DNA of 64,000 nucleotides, taken from NCBI GenBank assembly GCA_964016885.1, contig OZ024741.1, forward strand, positions 74,710,001-74,774,000. The letters are read 5' to 3'. The stretch is from Eledone cirrhosa. Taxonomy: Eukaryota. The notes beneath the pieces were generated by a model. It was not told where the DNA came from, searched no databases, and saw only the letters and a program-made list of their open reading frames with translations. Positions 22,766 through 34,639 of the stretch are shown piece by piece (the first letter of the stretch is position 1; each line of letters begins with the position of its first letter). Both the position numbers and the translations under genes were made by a program.

Positions 22766-25741
22766 TAATGATATGTATATATACACACAGACACAATACA
22801 TCCATTTATAAAAATTCAAATTTAGACATCAGCTAGCATATAGCTTTAGAAATATGAAAATATGTAATAAGATTAAATATTGTTAAATACATATAATCAG
22901 AAATATAGATAATAAAGTTCAAATGTACTATAGACAGCTCAATGAATAGTTGTGAAAATGAACCAAATTCAGAGCAGTATATATAAACAATTTAATAAAC
23001 TTATGTTTTGAATTCCAAAACAGGGGGGACGTGAGCAAAATTGGTTGAGTTGTAACTGGCAGGTTTGTAGGTGAACTATTGCTAACATTCCTTTGAACCT
23101 GCCACCCGTCCACATGTTGCCAATTTCATCCATGTCATAACGCACGTCTCTTTTTTAAGAGAACACATGTATTTGATGGCTGGTAAAAATATTTTTCCTT
23201 ATGGTTGAAGACTCACTCTAATGATGAACATGCCTCGCAATATTGATTGTCTTCATTGATCAAGATAATCAATATTGTTCTTGCACTTGGAATTTCATGT
23301 GAATGGAAATATTTTTGTTTTAAACTTATCATGCTCGCATCTCCCTTGTTTTGAAATTAAAACTTTAGTTTGTGAAATGCATCATCATCATCATTGTTTA
23401 ACATCCACTTTTACTGCTTGCAAGAGGGTTGGGTGGGTTTAAGAAGACCAAGTGAGTATTGAAGCAGGGCTACTGACATTCTAGGCATCTGCATCTCATT
23501 ATATATTTCAAATAATTCAAATGTTTTCATTTAAGTAATATATAATAGTTTCAAGCTGAGCAGTACTATTTTTATCTGGGTTTTTATATCTGAAAAATAA
23601 AATAAAGAGTTCTTAAGTCCACAAATGTCCATTCTAAGATTTGTTCAACGCTTGTGACACCAATGTCCTATGATACAGAACCACCCATTTTAAAGAGTTT
23701 GTATTTAAATTCAAGGCCTTCAACATAATTTTATATTAGAACCTTTTTGTTATATTACAAACAGCATCTTAATGATTTCTAATTTAGGTACAAGGGAAGC
23801 AAAATATATTGGAAGGTGCCACTCTATCTGAGAGTTAAGGGAAGCAAATTCTATTGACCCTAGTATTTGATTAGTACTTTATTTTATTGATATCAGGAAG
23901 ATTAATGACAAAGTTGACTGTGCAGGATTTGAACTCTCAATGTAGAAAGTTGTAACTAAATGCTGTAAAATCTACTACTTTCTTAATAGTTTCTGATTTA
24001 GGCACAAGGTCAACAATTTTGGGGGAGGGGAAAGTCAATTAAATCAACCCCAATACGTTAAAAGCACTTTATTGACCCCATAAACATGAATGACAAAGCT
24101 AACTCCTGCAGGATTTGAACTCAGAACATAAAGGGCTACAATGCAATCATTCCAAATTCTTCAATGAAACGATAGTCCTTTTAAATTTTTCATTAATTAA
24201 TCAAAATACAATATCTTTCATCAGAAATACAGTCATACAACGTAAATCAAGTAATAGGCATCCTAATTTTTAATATATTGCACTATCATCACTACTGCTC
24301 TCATCATCAACCCCACCACTAGTCATCATCAATATCATTTTTATGTTTGTGTATTTGAGCTTGTCTATGTTAGACAAGTCCTCTTCAACACAGTGTCCCT
24401 CAAAATATTTCTTTCGTTTATCATCTCCTTTGAGAGGTTCAACATCCTGAGATTTGCTCTCACCACCTACCTCTGGTCAATATCATCTTCATCACTACTT
24501 TCTACCACAGATTATAGACAGATAATTTAATAGGGTGTTAGACAAATAGTTGAAGCAGGGCTGGAGGTCTGTATCCTGTTGTCAATACAGGATACAAATA
24601 CTTGCATTGTGTTTATTGGCAAGACACTTGATTCTCAACAAGTCCACCTAGCTATAAGTAGGTATCACAGAGTAGGTAGTTCACTAGCAGAAGTAGTAGT
24701 AGTAGCAACAACACAGTAGGATTGTACAGACAAGTACTTCATTAACTCACAATATTCAGTTCATTGCTCACACCCCACTGGAGAAACAGCATCTCTTCTT
24801 CAGAAGTATAAGTAGTAGGGTGGGGCCTTGTACTAGCAGGGTTATCTCCGTGAAAGGCTTAATGTCAGAGATATTGATAATTCAAACAAGAATAGTTGGT
24901 TTTAGTTATGTGTAATACAAAGTGCACAACAATACAGTTCAGAATAGAATCATTATCATCATTAAATGTCCGTTTTCATGCTAGCATGGGTTTGACAAGT
25001 TGTTACAGAGACTCAATCTACAATTTGATAACAACCCCTCTAAAACTACACTTGGTTTTATGATAGATGGCTGTTTATTTAAAAATGTTTATATTTATTT
25101 AAATACCTCCCACTATAATTTTATGGAAGACCCTTTGTTAAGTTATACTCCTAACACCAGTTTAATAACGAAAAATATAATTATATTACTAAACTTCACC
25201 AAATTCTTGATTATTTTCAAAACAGATTTGAAAGTTATAGACAGTGTCTTTTATTAGAAATATGAAAATAAAAGGGTTTAATATATTTACTATAGTTTAT
25301 TTGAACAAGCAACAAAATGTTTATTGGGGGAATAGTGTAATGATGTATTGGCAGAATCAGCGACAGACAAAAATTCCTTGCAGCATTTCATTTACTCTTT
25401 TACTCCCATCTCAGTCAGTGGGATATGACCATGCTGGTGAAGTCCCATTGCCTTGGTGGGCACTGGATGGCACTCATCCCCTAATTAAAAAAAAAATGGA
25501 GTATATAAAGAAATAAAGCCTTGAAAGTGTTCCATATGAAATATTACCCAACCAGAATGTTCTTAAGTAACTTCTCCTGTTCCCTGAGCATCAGAGTTAG
25601 TAAGGAGCTGGTACCTTCAGCTGTAAACCTGTATGCTCTCAGTTCAAATGCAACCAATGTTCAACTTGTTCATCAAATTACATACTTCTTCCCATCACTC
25701 ATGTATGTTGATACCCATCGTTCACTCTTCTCCTCTTGAAC

Positions 25742-26400
25742 ATCATCATCATCATTTTACGTCCGCTTTTCCCTGCTTGCAAGGGTGGGACGGGTCTTAT
25801 TAAGCACAGCATCTCTCCATTCATGGTCCTTTGTCATCTCCTCCGTGAGCTTCAGCAATCTGAGGTCTGCTCTCACCACCTTCACCCATATTTTTCGTGG
25901 TCTTCCTCGATTGTGCCTTCCTTCTACTGGGATTTCTTGGCACTTCTTTACCCAGCAGTCATCCTCCATGTGCATCACATGTTCATGCGAACACGGTCTT
26001 CTCTCCTGCACACTACAGCCTATCCCTCTTATACACAGTTTTTCTCTCAACTCGTCTATGCTTGGTCGATCACGCATATTGACATTGCACATCCAACGGA
26101 GCATGCTTGATTCATTTCTCTCCAGCCGTCGCACATCTTCCACAGTTGCTGCCCATGTCTCACCACCATGCAGCATCGCGCATCTCACACAGGCATCATA
26201 TAACCAGTCTTTCGTTCATAGGGAGAAACCCTTGTTTGTCAACAGAGGAAGCAGCTCCCTAAACTTCTTCCAGCCCGTCCTTATTCTGGATACTATGGCC
26301 CCAGAGCACCCACCTCCCTTACTAATCTGATCACCTAGGTATCGGAAGCTATCAACCACCTCTATAGGTCCTACCTGCATTTGAAAAATGTGTATCACTG
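25742..26400 (-). mobile_element. 5'-truncated RTE LINE
   Basis: VDSFRYLG, MLHGGETWA, MLRWMC, GRPRKIW motifs and a (TGA)n tail. Closely similar to 55260-55915. Confidence 0.88.
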
Positions 26401-26512
26401 TGACTTCTACTGTCAAATTTCCATGTACATCTACTGCATATATAGTTTTCCCTACCTGTTAGCTTGCCTGCTATCCCACTACATCTCTTGTGTACTCAAG
26501 ATCTGCATTGTA

Positions 26513-26556
<44 letters not shown>

Positions 26557-26652
26557 CTGGAGTTGCATATTGAATCACATACAAAATGTTCATGTAAATA
26601 AACATTTTAATGTCAGTAACATATCAATAATGCTATGTCAAAGCATCACTGC

Positions 26653-26686
<34 letters not shown>

Positions 26687-26689
<3 letters not shown>

Positions 26690-27170
26690 CTGACGTACCT
26701 AGCTTCGCTTGGCTAAACAGACGATAAGCCATCTGTGTAGTATAGTATTACTGTTGAAAATATACAGTATAGTATAGTATTACTGTTGAAAATATATAGT
26801 ATTACTGTTGAAAATGTATAGTATAGTTTTACTATTGAAAATATATAGTATAGTATTACTGTTGAAAACATAGTATAGTATGACTGTTGAAAACATATAG
26901 TATAGTATTACTGTTGAAAATATATAGTATAGTATAGCATTACTGCTGAAAATATATAGTATAGTATTACTGTTGAAAATATATAGTACAGTATTACTGT
27001 TGAAAATATGTACACAAATATATAATTATATATATACATATAATTAATTAAAAGTTGGTTAGAAGCGAAGTCATACAGACAGATATTATTATAAGCCCAC
27101 AACGCTATAGCTATGTATCTAAAACGACAGAGTAAGAAAGAGAGAGGAATGTCGCATTATATATATTATA
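26687..27170 (-). mobile_element. Non-autonomous Helitron with internal minisatellite
   Basis: 3' end like that at 3411. Tandem TATAGTATTACTGTTGAAAATA at 26740-27010. 27060-27155 resembles 29806-29933. Confidence 0.6.
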
Positions 27171-27338
27171 TATAATAAAGTACCAGTAATGTAGTGGATT
27201 AATTGCTGGTCTTCTGCCAAAAGTAGAAACAATTATACTTCTTTTTATACAATTGTAAATAACATGTTTATGTATGTATATATACGTATAAAGGAATGCT
27301 GTAATAACATGTACAAATTAAACTGTCTCTTATTTATG

Positions 27339-27367
<29 letters not shown>

Positions 27368-27369
<2 letters not shown>

Positions 27370-28282
27370 AGCATTAAAACCCGGCGTTGCTCGGAGTCAT
27401 TAAGTTACCAAAGTTAGGTTGCACCACCCATTTTATGGCAGCACGTTTTTGTCTGCCAGGCACTGGGTGAATGAATTGCAGACAATTGTAGTTTCGCCTA
27501 TGGATATTATCTCTGTGCAAAAAAGTGTTGAAATTTATTGTTTCACAGTACTTGCGCAACACGCGCGTAGACGATGCCAGCCGAACAACAGAGCTGCGAT
27601 GGAGTTGTTCTGCATGGTTGTCTGTGTGTTTTCTAAATTTAAGACAGTAGGGAGGGTTGTGATATGAGGGAGAGTTAGCTGTTGTTTCTAGCAGGTTTAG
27701 TGACCTCATAGAGGATATGTGTTTTCTAAATTTAAGACAGTAGGGATGGGTGTGATATGGGGGAGAGTTAGCTGCTGTTTCTAGCAGGTTTAGTGACCTC
27801 ATAGAGGATATGTTTTCTAAATTTAAGACATTAGGGAGGGGTGTGGTAAATATTTTTTTATCATTTGAAGTGAGTGTGTGTTTGTATGCGTTTGGAAATA
27901 AACCAGTAAGTTTGAAGTATAAAAGAGAAAGTAGCAAAATGTGTGGGTTGTAGATAGAGGTAAGCAGATGATATCAGAGAGTAAAACGGACAGTATCACC
28001 ATCAAGCTTGGAAAGAGAAAGTAGCAGAAAGTATGAAGTTGTATAGATTTTGAATGGTAGTGGAAAGAGTTTAGCAGTTTAAATGACAGAGAAAAATCGT
28101 AAAATATTGAGTTTTATCTATTTTTTTGCGTAATTGTGGGTGAAATTGAAAAAATTATCTGTGCCAAGACGCAGTCGAAGCTATTTCGAATACTGAATTG
28201 TAAATTTCAATTGAAGAAATTCTATATCGTAGATTTCTATAAGAAAGGAGCATGACCACACACTGAGCTTTATAGATTATGA
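27368..28282 (-). mobile_element. Non-autonomous Helitron with ~92-bp tandem repeats
   Basis: Minus 3' end CCGAGCAACGCCGGG hairpin then CTAG|T. Repeats at 27627-27845. Confidence 0.65.
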
Positions 28283-28362
28283 TATATAACAAAGGAATTG
28301 TGGTAAGGAACCAGATGGACCACGCACCAAAGTACTCAATACTTAGGGTAGTAGAGTGGGTA

Positions 28363-28470
28363 ATAGGAACAAGTATGACCCCGACGGCAGAGCTCAAGCC
28401 GTTTTGACGTTTCGAGTCCAGAAATAGCCATCGAAATGGCTTGAGCTCTGCCGTCGGAGTCATACTTGTT

Positions 28471-28475
<5 letters not shown>
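28363..28475. repeat. ~45-bp-arm palindrome built from hammerhead-like 3' halves
   Basis: Arm GAAA-tggc-ttgagctct-gccg-TC-ggagtc; no intact CUGAnGA. Confidence 0.55.
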
Positions 28476-28505
<30 letters not shown>

Positions 28506-28785
28506 TAAATCATGTCCCTAGAATTATTAGATAAAATATATACTATTTCCTCTCACAATTAGCATAATTAACCATATAAAAAATCAATTAGACCAGGCTA
28601 TAAGAATAAAGGCTCCTATGAAGAAATATTTGATAAATAACCGAAAGCAGCCTCTTCGAGGTTGACCACAATAGAGTATTTACCCAACATTTCAACAGCA
28701 TGTAGAAACTGACCAAATATACTGTCAACCATACACAATTAGGTATAAATTTAAAGTTAGAAGAAATGGGTACATACCGTAATTA

Positions 28786-28864
28786 TATCCCTACCATGGT
28801 TTCGTTCGTATTTTGAGATATCCTATTAAGGATAAATCTCAAGTATCGAACTCATCAGGAGACA
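28786..28864 (-). ncRNA. Type I hammerhead ribozyme with long stem II
   Basis: Minus: tgtctc-CTGATGA-gttcg...cgaac-GAAA-ccatgg-TA-gggata. 6-bp stem I, palindromic stem III ACCATGGT. Confidence 0.85.
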
Positions 28865-29400
28865 AACTCAATAGGACAGTTAATTTTCCAAAAATAGATT
28901 TTAAAAATGGCTAAGAATCGTGATGTGGCAGTGGTCAAGTTAGAAAGAATGTGATTAGTTGCTTACGGCGAGTAGGCTGGTTGCTAGAAAGCGCAGCCCA
29001 ATATCGCCTAAATTACATCTCAACCCAACGGGAGTTATTATATATCGGTCCCACCACCCACACCCCATCCACACCACCCCCTCCTATGTAAAGTTATGTT
29101 GGTGCCACAACATCCAGGCCAAAACAAATGAGATCGTGTAGGTGTCACGACAAAAAAACACACAGTCCACGCTGTAATGTGGCCGTGTAGGCAACACGGT
29201 AAAAACCTCCCAGTCCCACACTGTAAATGTGGTTGGTGTTAGGAAGGGCATCCAACTGTAGAAAACCTGCCAGACAGTCCTATGCGAGCAAGACAATCAC
29301 TCTTGCCTCAAGTGGGAATACCCCCGTCCAAACCCATGAAAGCGTGGAACACGGACGTTAAACGTTGATGATGATGATGATGATGATGATGATATACGCA

Positions 29401-29433
<33 letters not shown>

Positions 29434-29436
<3 letters not shown>

Positions 29437-29763
29437 TCATCATTTTACGTCTGCTTTTCCCTGCTTGCAAGGGTGGGACGGGAACTGATTCTGGCTTGAT
29501 TTTTACAGCTGGATGCCCTTCCTAACACCAACCTCATTTACAGTGAATGCTGGGTGCTTTTTTGCCATGGCACCTCCACGACCACTTTGCAGTGGAATGA
29601 TATGGACCTCAGTCCCTATCATCTCATTTCTACAGCTGAGTAAACTGGAGCAATGAGAAATAAAGTCTTGCTCAAGGAAACAACACATCCCTCGGTCTGA
29701 GAATTGAACTCACAACCTTTCGATTGCAAGGCCAATGCTCTAACCACTAAGCCATGTGCCTCC
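29434..29763 (-). mobile_element. tRNA-derived SINE with RTE-derived tail
   Basis: Head TGGCTTAGTGGTTAG...GAGTTCAATTC; tail CCCGTCCCACCCTTGCAAGCAGGGAAAAG..GACGTAAAA(TGA)n matches the RTE 3' end. Confidence 0.8.
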
Positions 29764-30214
29764 ATACACACACTATATATACATATATACACACACATAC
29801 AGATAGCGAAGCCAATGTACAGAATGGTTTTCGTAATGCAGACAGCCAAACATACAGACAGATATTATAAAGGCGCAACGTTATAGCTATGTATCTATCT
29901 AAAAAGATAGACTAAGAAAGAGAGAGGAATGTCATATAACTGGAAGTGTTGACATCTGAAAATTTTAAAGAAGTGAATATTTAGATAAACAATAAAATAT
30001 CTTTAATCTTTTAACTAAATTTAGTAGACAAAATTACCCTCACTTTCTTACTCAGAAAAAGTTACATCTATGGTGCACATTTGGTGCTGTTTAATCCAGC
30101 CATTTGGTGAAAAGTTTGTTACATACGGCTGTCAGCTTTATAATATAGATATGCACATATATATATATGAAAGTATATTAGAAAATGGCAAGTGGAGTTT
30201 GAAATTGAAATAGA

Positions 30215-30423
30215 AGTAACTATTTGACTAAATAAAATAGTCTAATAACAGGGCTTGTAAACTTACTGAACAGAAAATGTTGGGTATCAGTGAAATGGTA
30301 GCACACTTGTCTGGCAACAAGAGGTGCGAATTTGGCACCCATGCATGCTGATACCCATCATTTTCCATTCAGTGGGTTTATATGCCCCGTTATTAGACTA
30401 TTTTATTTAGTTAAAAAGTTACT
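30215..30423. repeat. Long imperfect palindrome (~75-bp arms)
   Basis: AGTAACTATTTGACTAAATAAAATAGTCTAATAAC... pairs with ...GTTATTAGACTATTTTATTTAGTTAAAAAGTTACT. Confidence 0.7.
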
Positions 30424-30439
30424 GCAATGCTTTAAATTT

Positions 30440-30890
30440 ATATCATCCATTTTTCCATGCTAGCATGGGTTAGATGAGTTGTTCTGTTGTAAGCAATGCC
30501 AGGTCGGGTGACCATGTCCTGCACATGCAGCACTGATTCTGGCTTGGTTTCTACAGCTGGATGCTCTTCCTAATGCCAACCTCATTTACAGTGAGTACTG
30601 GGTGCTTTTTGTCGTGACATCCATACAACCACTTTACAGTGTCGGCTTGGTGCTTTTTGCCATGTCACCATCATGACCACTTTACAGTATCGGCTGGGCG
30701 CTTTTTGTGATATCGCATCACAACCACTTTACAGTGTGGGCTGGGTGCTTTTTTCCATGTTACCAACATCACTACTTTACAGTGTGGGTTGGGTGCTTTT
30801 TGTTGTGACACCTACACAACCACTTTATAGTGTGGATTGGGAGCTCATTGTCATGTCACCAAGATAACCACTTTATAGTGTGGATTTGGA
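30440..30890 (-). repeat. RTE 3'UTR-like fragment with ~41-bp minisatellite
   Basis: Units ACCACTTTACAGTGTGGGCTGGGTGCTTTTT next to the GGATGC..TTCCTAA motif seen in the RTE 3' region at 37740-37790. Confidence 0.6.
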
Positions 30891-31151
30891 ACTAGGGTGG
30901 GGGAGATGCATGGGGAGGTAGATTTAGGAGTGGGTGCTGTCATTACAACGTGGGAGGTATATGGGAGGGAAGATGGTGCATATTAGATGTATGCCTCGGC
31001 CCCTGCATCTGGACAGGTGGGTCTTCTGATTACTGCATAGCACCAGATTGTGTTTATAGGTTGAGATAAAAGGCATTACTTCATTATTAATAATACTATT
31101 ATTATTTGTTGTAATCTGTATTTGGGATTATATATATATATGAAAAATTTG

Positions 31152-31241
31152 GGACCCTGATGGCTGAGCTTCTGCCGTTTCAACAGTTGGATGCAAATGG
31201 AACTAACTGTTGAAACGGCAGGAGTTCAGCCATCAGAGTCC
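31152..31241. repeat. Palindrome related to 28363-28475
   Basis: Arm GAAA-cggc-aggagttca-gcca-TC-agagtc. Confidence 0.55.
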
Positions 31242-32089
31242 TGAATTTGTCATGTTACCCAGTTTACTACTCCAAGTATCAAGTACTCTCAAGATCAGAT
31301 TTATAAAAATAAGTACTGGGGTTGATATGATCAACTTTAAGGTGATGCCCCAGCATGGCCACAGTCTGGTGACTGAAACCAGTAATGGTACAAAGGAATG
31401 GAGACAAAGATCTTCATTTTTTTTTTGCTATTTATTTTCAAAAACTACTTTTAAATGTTCTGTAGAATGCAGTTGGTACTGCAGTAAAAATTATGTACAA
31501 ATGAATAGTAGTACAAGAATTAATTGAGATAGAGGGAGATGAAGAAACAAACATTTTAAAGCATTTTGCCATATTCTTTCTTGTACTTTACATTAAAATG
31601 GTTTAGAAACATATACACCAACATAATGTGTGTATGTGTGTGGAGGGTGGATGTATACGTGTGTGTCTATAAATCAGTCTGTGAATAATATGTATCTATA
31701 TGTGTCTACATAAATGTGAGTGTATGCATATATGTAAGTGTGTGTGTGTGTGTAATATTTGAACTGCAGTGTTTTAAAAAATAAATTAATGACTAGTAAA
31801 TAAACCATTAGATGCAGAAACTCCCCCAAGATATCATAATTTATAGCCTAAATATAGTTATCCAGCAAACATTGTTCAATAATATTGCTGGAGCTGCAGC
31901 ATTATGTATGATTCTAAATTACAGTAACATTAACAATGCAGTACAAATAAAAAGTGTAAGTGAAATAAACATTTTTAATAAAAAATAACAAATAATATAT
32001 ATGCTAGGTTAAAATATATATTTCATTATTTGAATGTTAAGGGCGGATTATTTGAATGTTAAGGGCGGTGGATTTCATTATTTGAATGT

Positions 32090-32283
32090 TAAGGGTGGTG
32101 GATTGGCAGTATCAGTAGAGGGTCGGACGCCATGCTTTCCAGCATAGTTACGTCCCTTTACGATCTGAGTTCAAATCCTGCCGAGGTTGACTTTGCCTTT
32201 CATCCTTACGGGGTCGATAAAATAAAGTACCAGTAATGCACTGGGTAATTGCTGGCCTTGTGCTTAAAATAGAGACAATTATT
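32090..32283 (+). mobile_element. tRNA-derived SINE (MetaSINE-like)
   Basis: Full-length copy with TSD TTATTTGAATGTTAAG, which is reiterated upstream. Confidence 0.8.
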
Positions 32284-32689
32284 TGAATGTTAAGTAAACA
32301 AAACTTTTTAAGATTGTCTATGAATTATATTTATATCTTCATATAATAAGCTGAGATATGATAACATTGGATAACATAGTCCTAGATATATCTGAAAGTA
32401 TGATGTGATGTTGATCTGGGGCTAAACCTAGAATGGTAATAAGAGAGCTGCTAAGCCATGATCTGGTAAAAATAGCAGCTAAATTACCTACAAACCTCAT
32501 CATACCACCTTGAATAAAGAAAAAATTCATAAGAAATCATAATCCTTAGCATATTACTAAAAAGATACAGTGGTCTTTCTTTTTATTATGTCTGCTTGGC
32601 TAAGCAATCTGTACTGGGGCTAAACATACAACAAAGGTCAAGTGAGAAATATGTATTCAAAAACATTTATCTTATATATAGTCAACCTG

Positions 32690-33230
32690 GCAAAGACCAA
32701 AGTCTTAGTATGTAGAAAGATAACAGGGCCCAGATTCCCACAGGGAAAGGGCCTTGCTCAGTGTGCAGGAAAGGAGTAAGTAGAAACACCATCCTATGTC
32801 CCAATTGCAAACAATGGGTACACAAGAGTTGTAGCGGGCACTGTGTGCAGAGGACCATCGGAAACTGGAAAGAAATGTAGCTTCCATGCTTTGATGGATG
32901 AGTAATAGTAATATACATGAACTGCAAAGCATAAATGAACTGAGAGAGAAACTGGGTATAAGAGGAGTTAGATGCAGTGTGTAGGAGAAGAGAATGGCTG
33001 GTGTGGACATGTGATGCCATATGAGGGATGATAACTGTATAAGAAGGTGCAGAGGGATCAAGGTTGATGGAAGCTACAATGTAGGTAGACCTAGGAAGAC
33101 TTGGGATGGGGCGATAAAAGCTGACTTTGCACAATTGCACCTCTTATAAGCGAAGACACAGAATCGAGATCACTGGCTTTTTGATGTAATAGAAGACTCA
33201 CCTTCCCATGTGCATGGGTTGAAGCATACA
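32690..33230 (+). mobile_element. Degenerate RTE fragment
   Basis: Similar to 36810-37680, with deletions. Confidence 0.7.
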
Positions 33231-34639
33231 TCTTGTATGCACTACTTCCCCCCTTCCCCTTGCAAACCTACTCCACGTCATAACAACCCTCCACCATCCA
33301 CATCCCACCCACTCTTGAAGAAGTATATCAGTTTTAATGTTTGAAATAAATAAAGAAAAGGTCTTAACTTTTTGGAAACTAGTTATTCATCAGAAGATAG
33401 TATGAGAAATAAAGATGAAATAAAAAAATTAGAGTGAGAAGAGGGAGGAATGGATATACATATAGGTTTTATCAAGGCTGATTCAGTAGCCTATTACTCT
33501 GGAATTTCCCCTACGAGCTATAGGTTCCTCATACACAAAGACTAGATCCAGTTGACAACTGTCAGAGGAACCTGAAACACATATAAACAGTCCACTGAAT
33601 CAGTCTAAATAAACTATTAATCTTTATCTACTATGGGATTTAGTCCTTATTCTAGTGTTTTCGAAAATTATCAATTGTCTGATGTTTGGAAACCTTGTTT
33701 AGTGTTTAAATGAGCTGTTGATCTACGCTTCATATAAAAGTATATTGTGTATATTTGGCTCGTGTTTCTAGTAGATTGACTGATCATGTAGATGTGATAA
33801 ATCAGGAGACCATTTGTATTAAAAAATTTTATTTCGCTTGGAGGTGGATTTTCACATGGTCATTGAACCTGTTAGAAATAGCAGCCAAATCATAATCTAT
33901 TCTCTTAAAGAGACACTGAATAATGTAATCCCAGATATATATACTTAAAAGCACAGTGTGATTGTGACAAGAATGACTAATTAGAAACACTCCAGTCATT
34001 ATTATAAGCATAGACATGGCAGTTTGGATAAGGAGTTTGCTTCACAACCATGTGGTTTTTGATTCACTTCCACTTTCCCAGGCATCTATTGGTTTTGTTT
34101 CTACAGGTATTTTTTCTACACTTTGACAATGTTCTGTATACATTATTATTTGCTTATTTTTCCCCACGTATATTTCGGCTATTTTCGAAATAAACCACGC
34201 TGTATATTCTCCAGCCTCCTCTCTCTCCAACTCTCTACCTATTCGAACTCATTCCAATCAATCTATCATTTAGTCAGTGACTGTCTTCGAACATTCGCCT
34301 TGTCGAATAAGCCTACTTGTAGCTGCTTATTCCCCCCCCCCCCAATCTTCAGTGACGATATATGCCATGATGGCTACCTATCTCACACTTTACCTCCAGC
34401 CCACCCCCACACTCCGACCAATCAAACCACAGCAACATATCCTCACCCATTACCTGCGCCAACACGCTCTGCCATTACTACTACAGTTTTTTTTTATCCC
34501 TGCCCTAAAGAAATTCCTGTTTATCGTTATCTATGGATGAGCTGAGGATGATGGAACAATCCTGTATAAATAAATGAATATGAATCCATTAGTTGCCAAG
34601 CATTCATGCGAAGCTTTAATTCAGAGACAGAAAGCATAC

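Noticed and set aside
26740-27010. Tandem ~24-29-bp repeats resembling a CRISPR array
   Set aside because: There are no unique spacers and no cas genes; this is a eukaryotic minisatellite inside a Helitron.
29700-29763. tRNA gene
   Set aside because: It is a SINE head without a complete cloverleaf and continues into the SINE body.
30586-30890. ~41-bp periodic repeats as a CRISPR-like array
   Set aside because: Whole units are similar to one another and belong to an RTE 3' region.
33474-33606. Nested stems with GAAA...GTC as a possible hammerhead
   Set aside because: No CUGAnGA in the required position and stem III does not pair.
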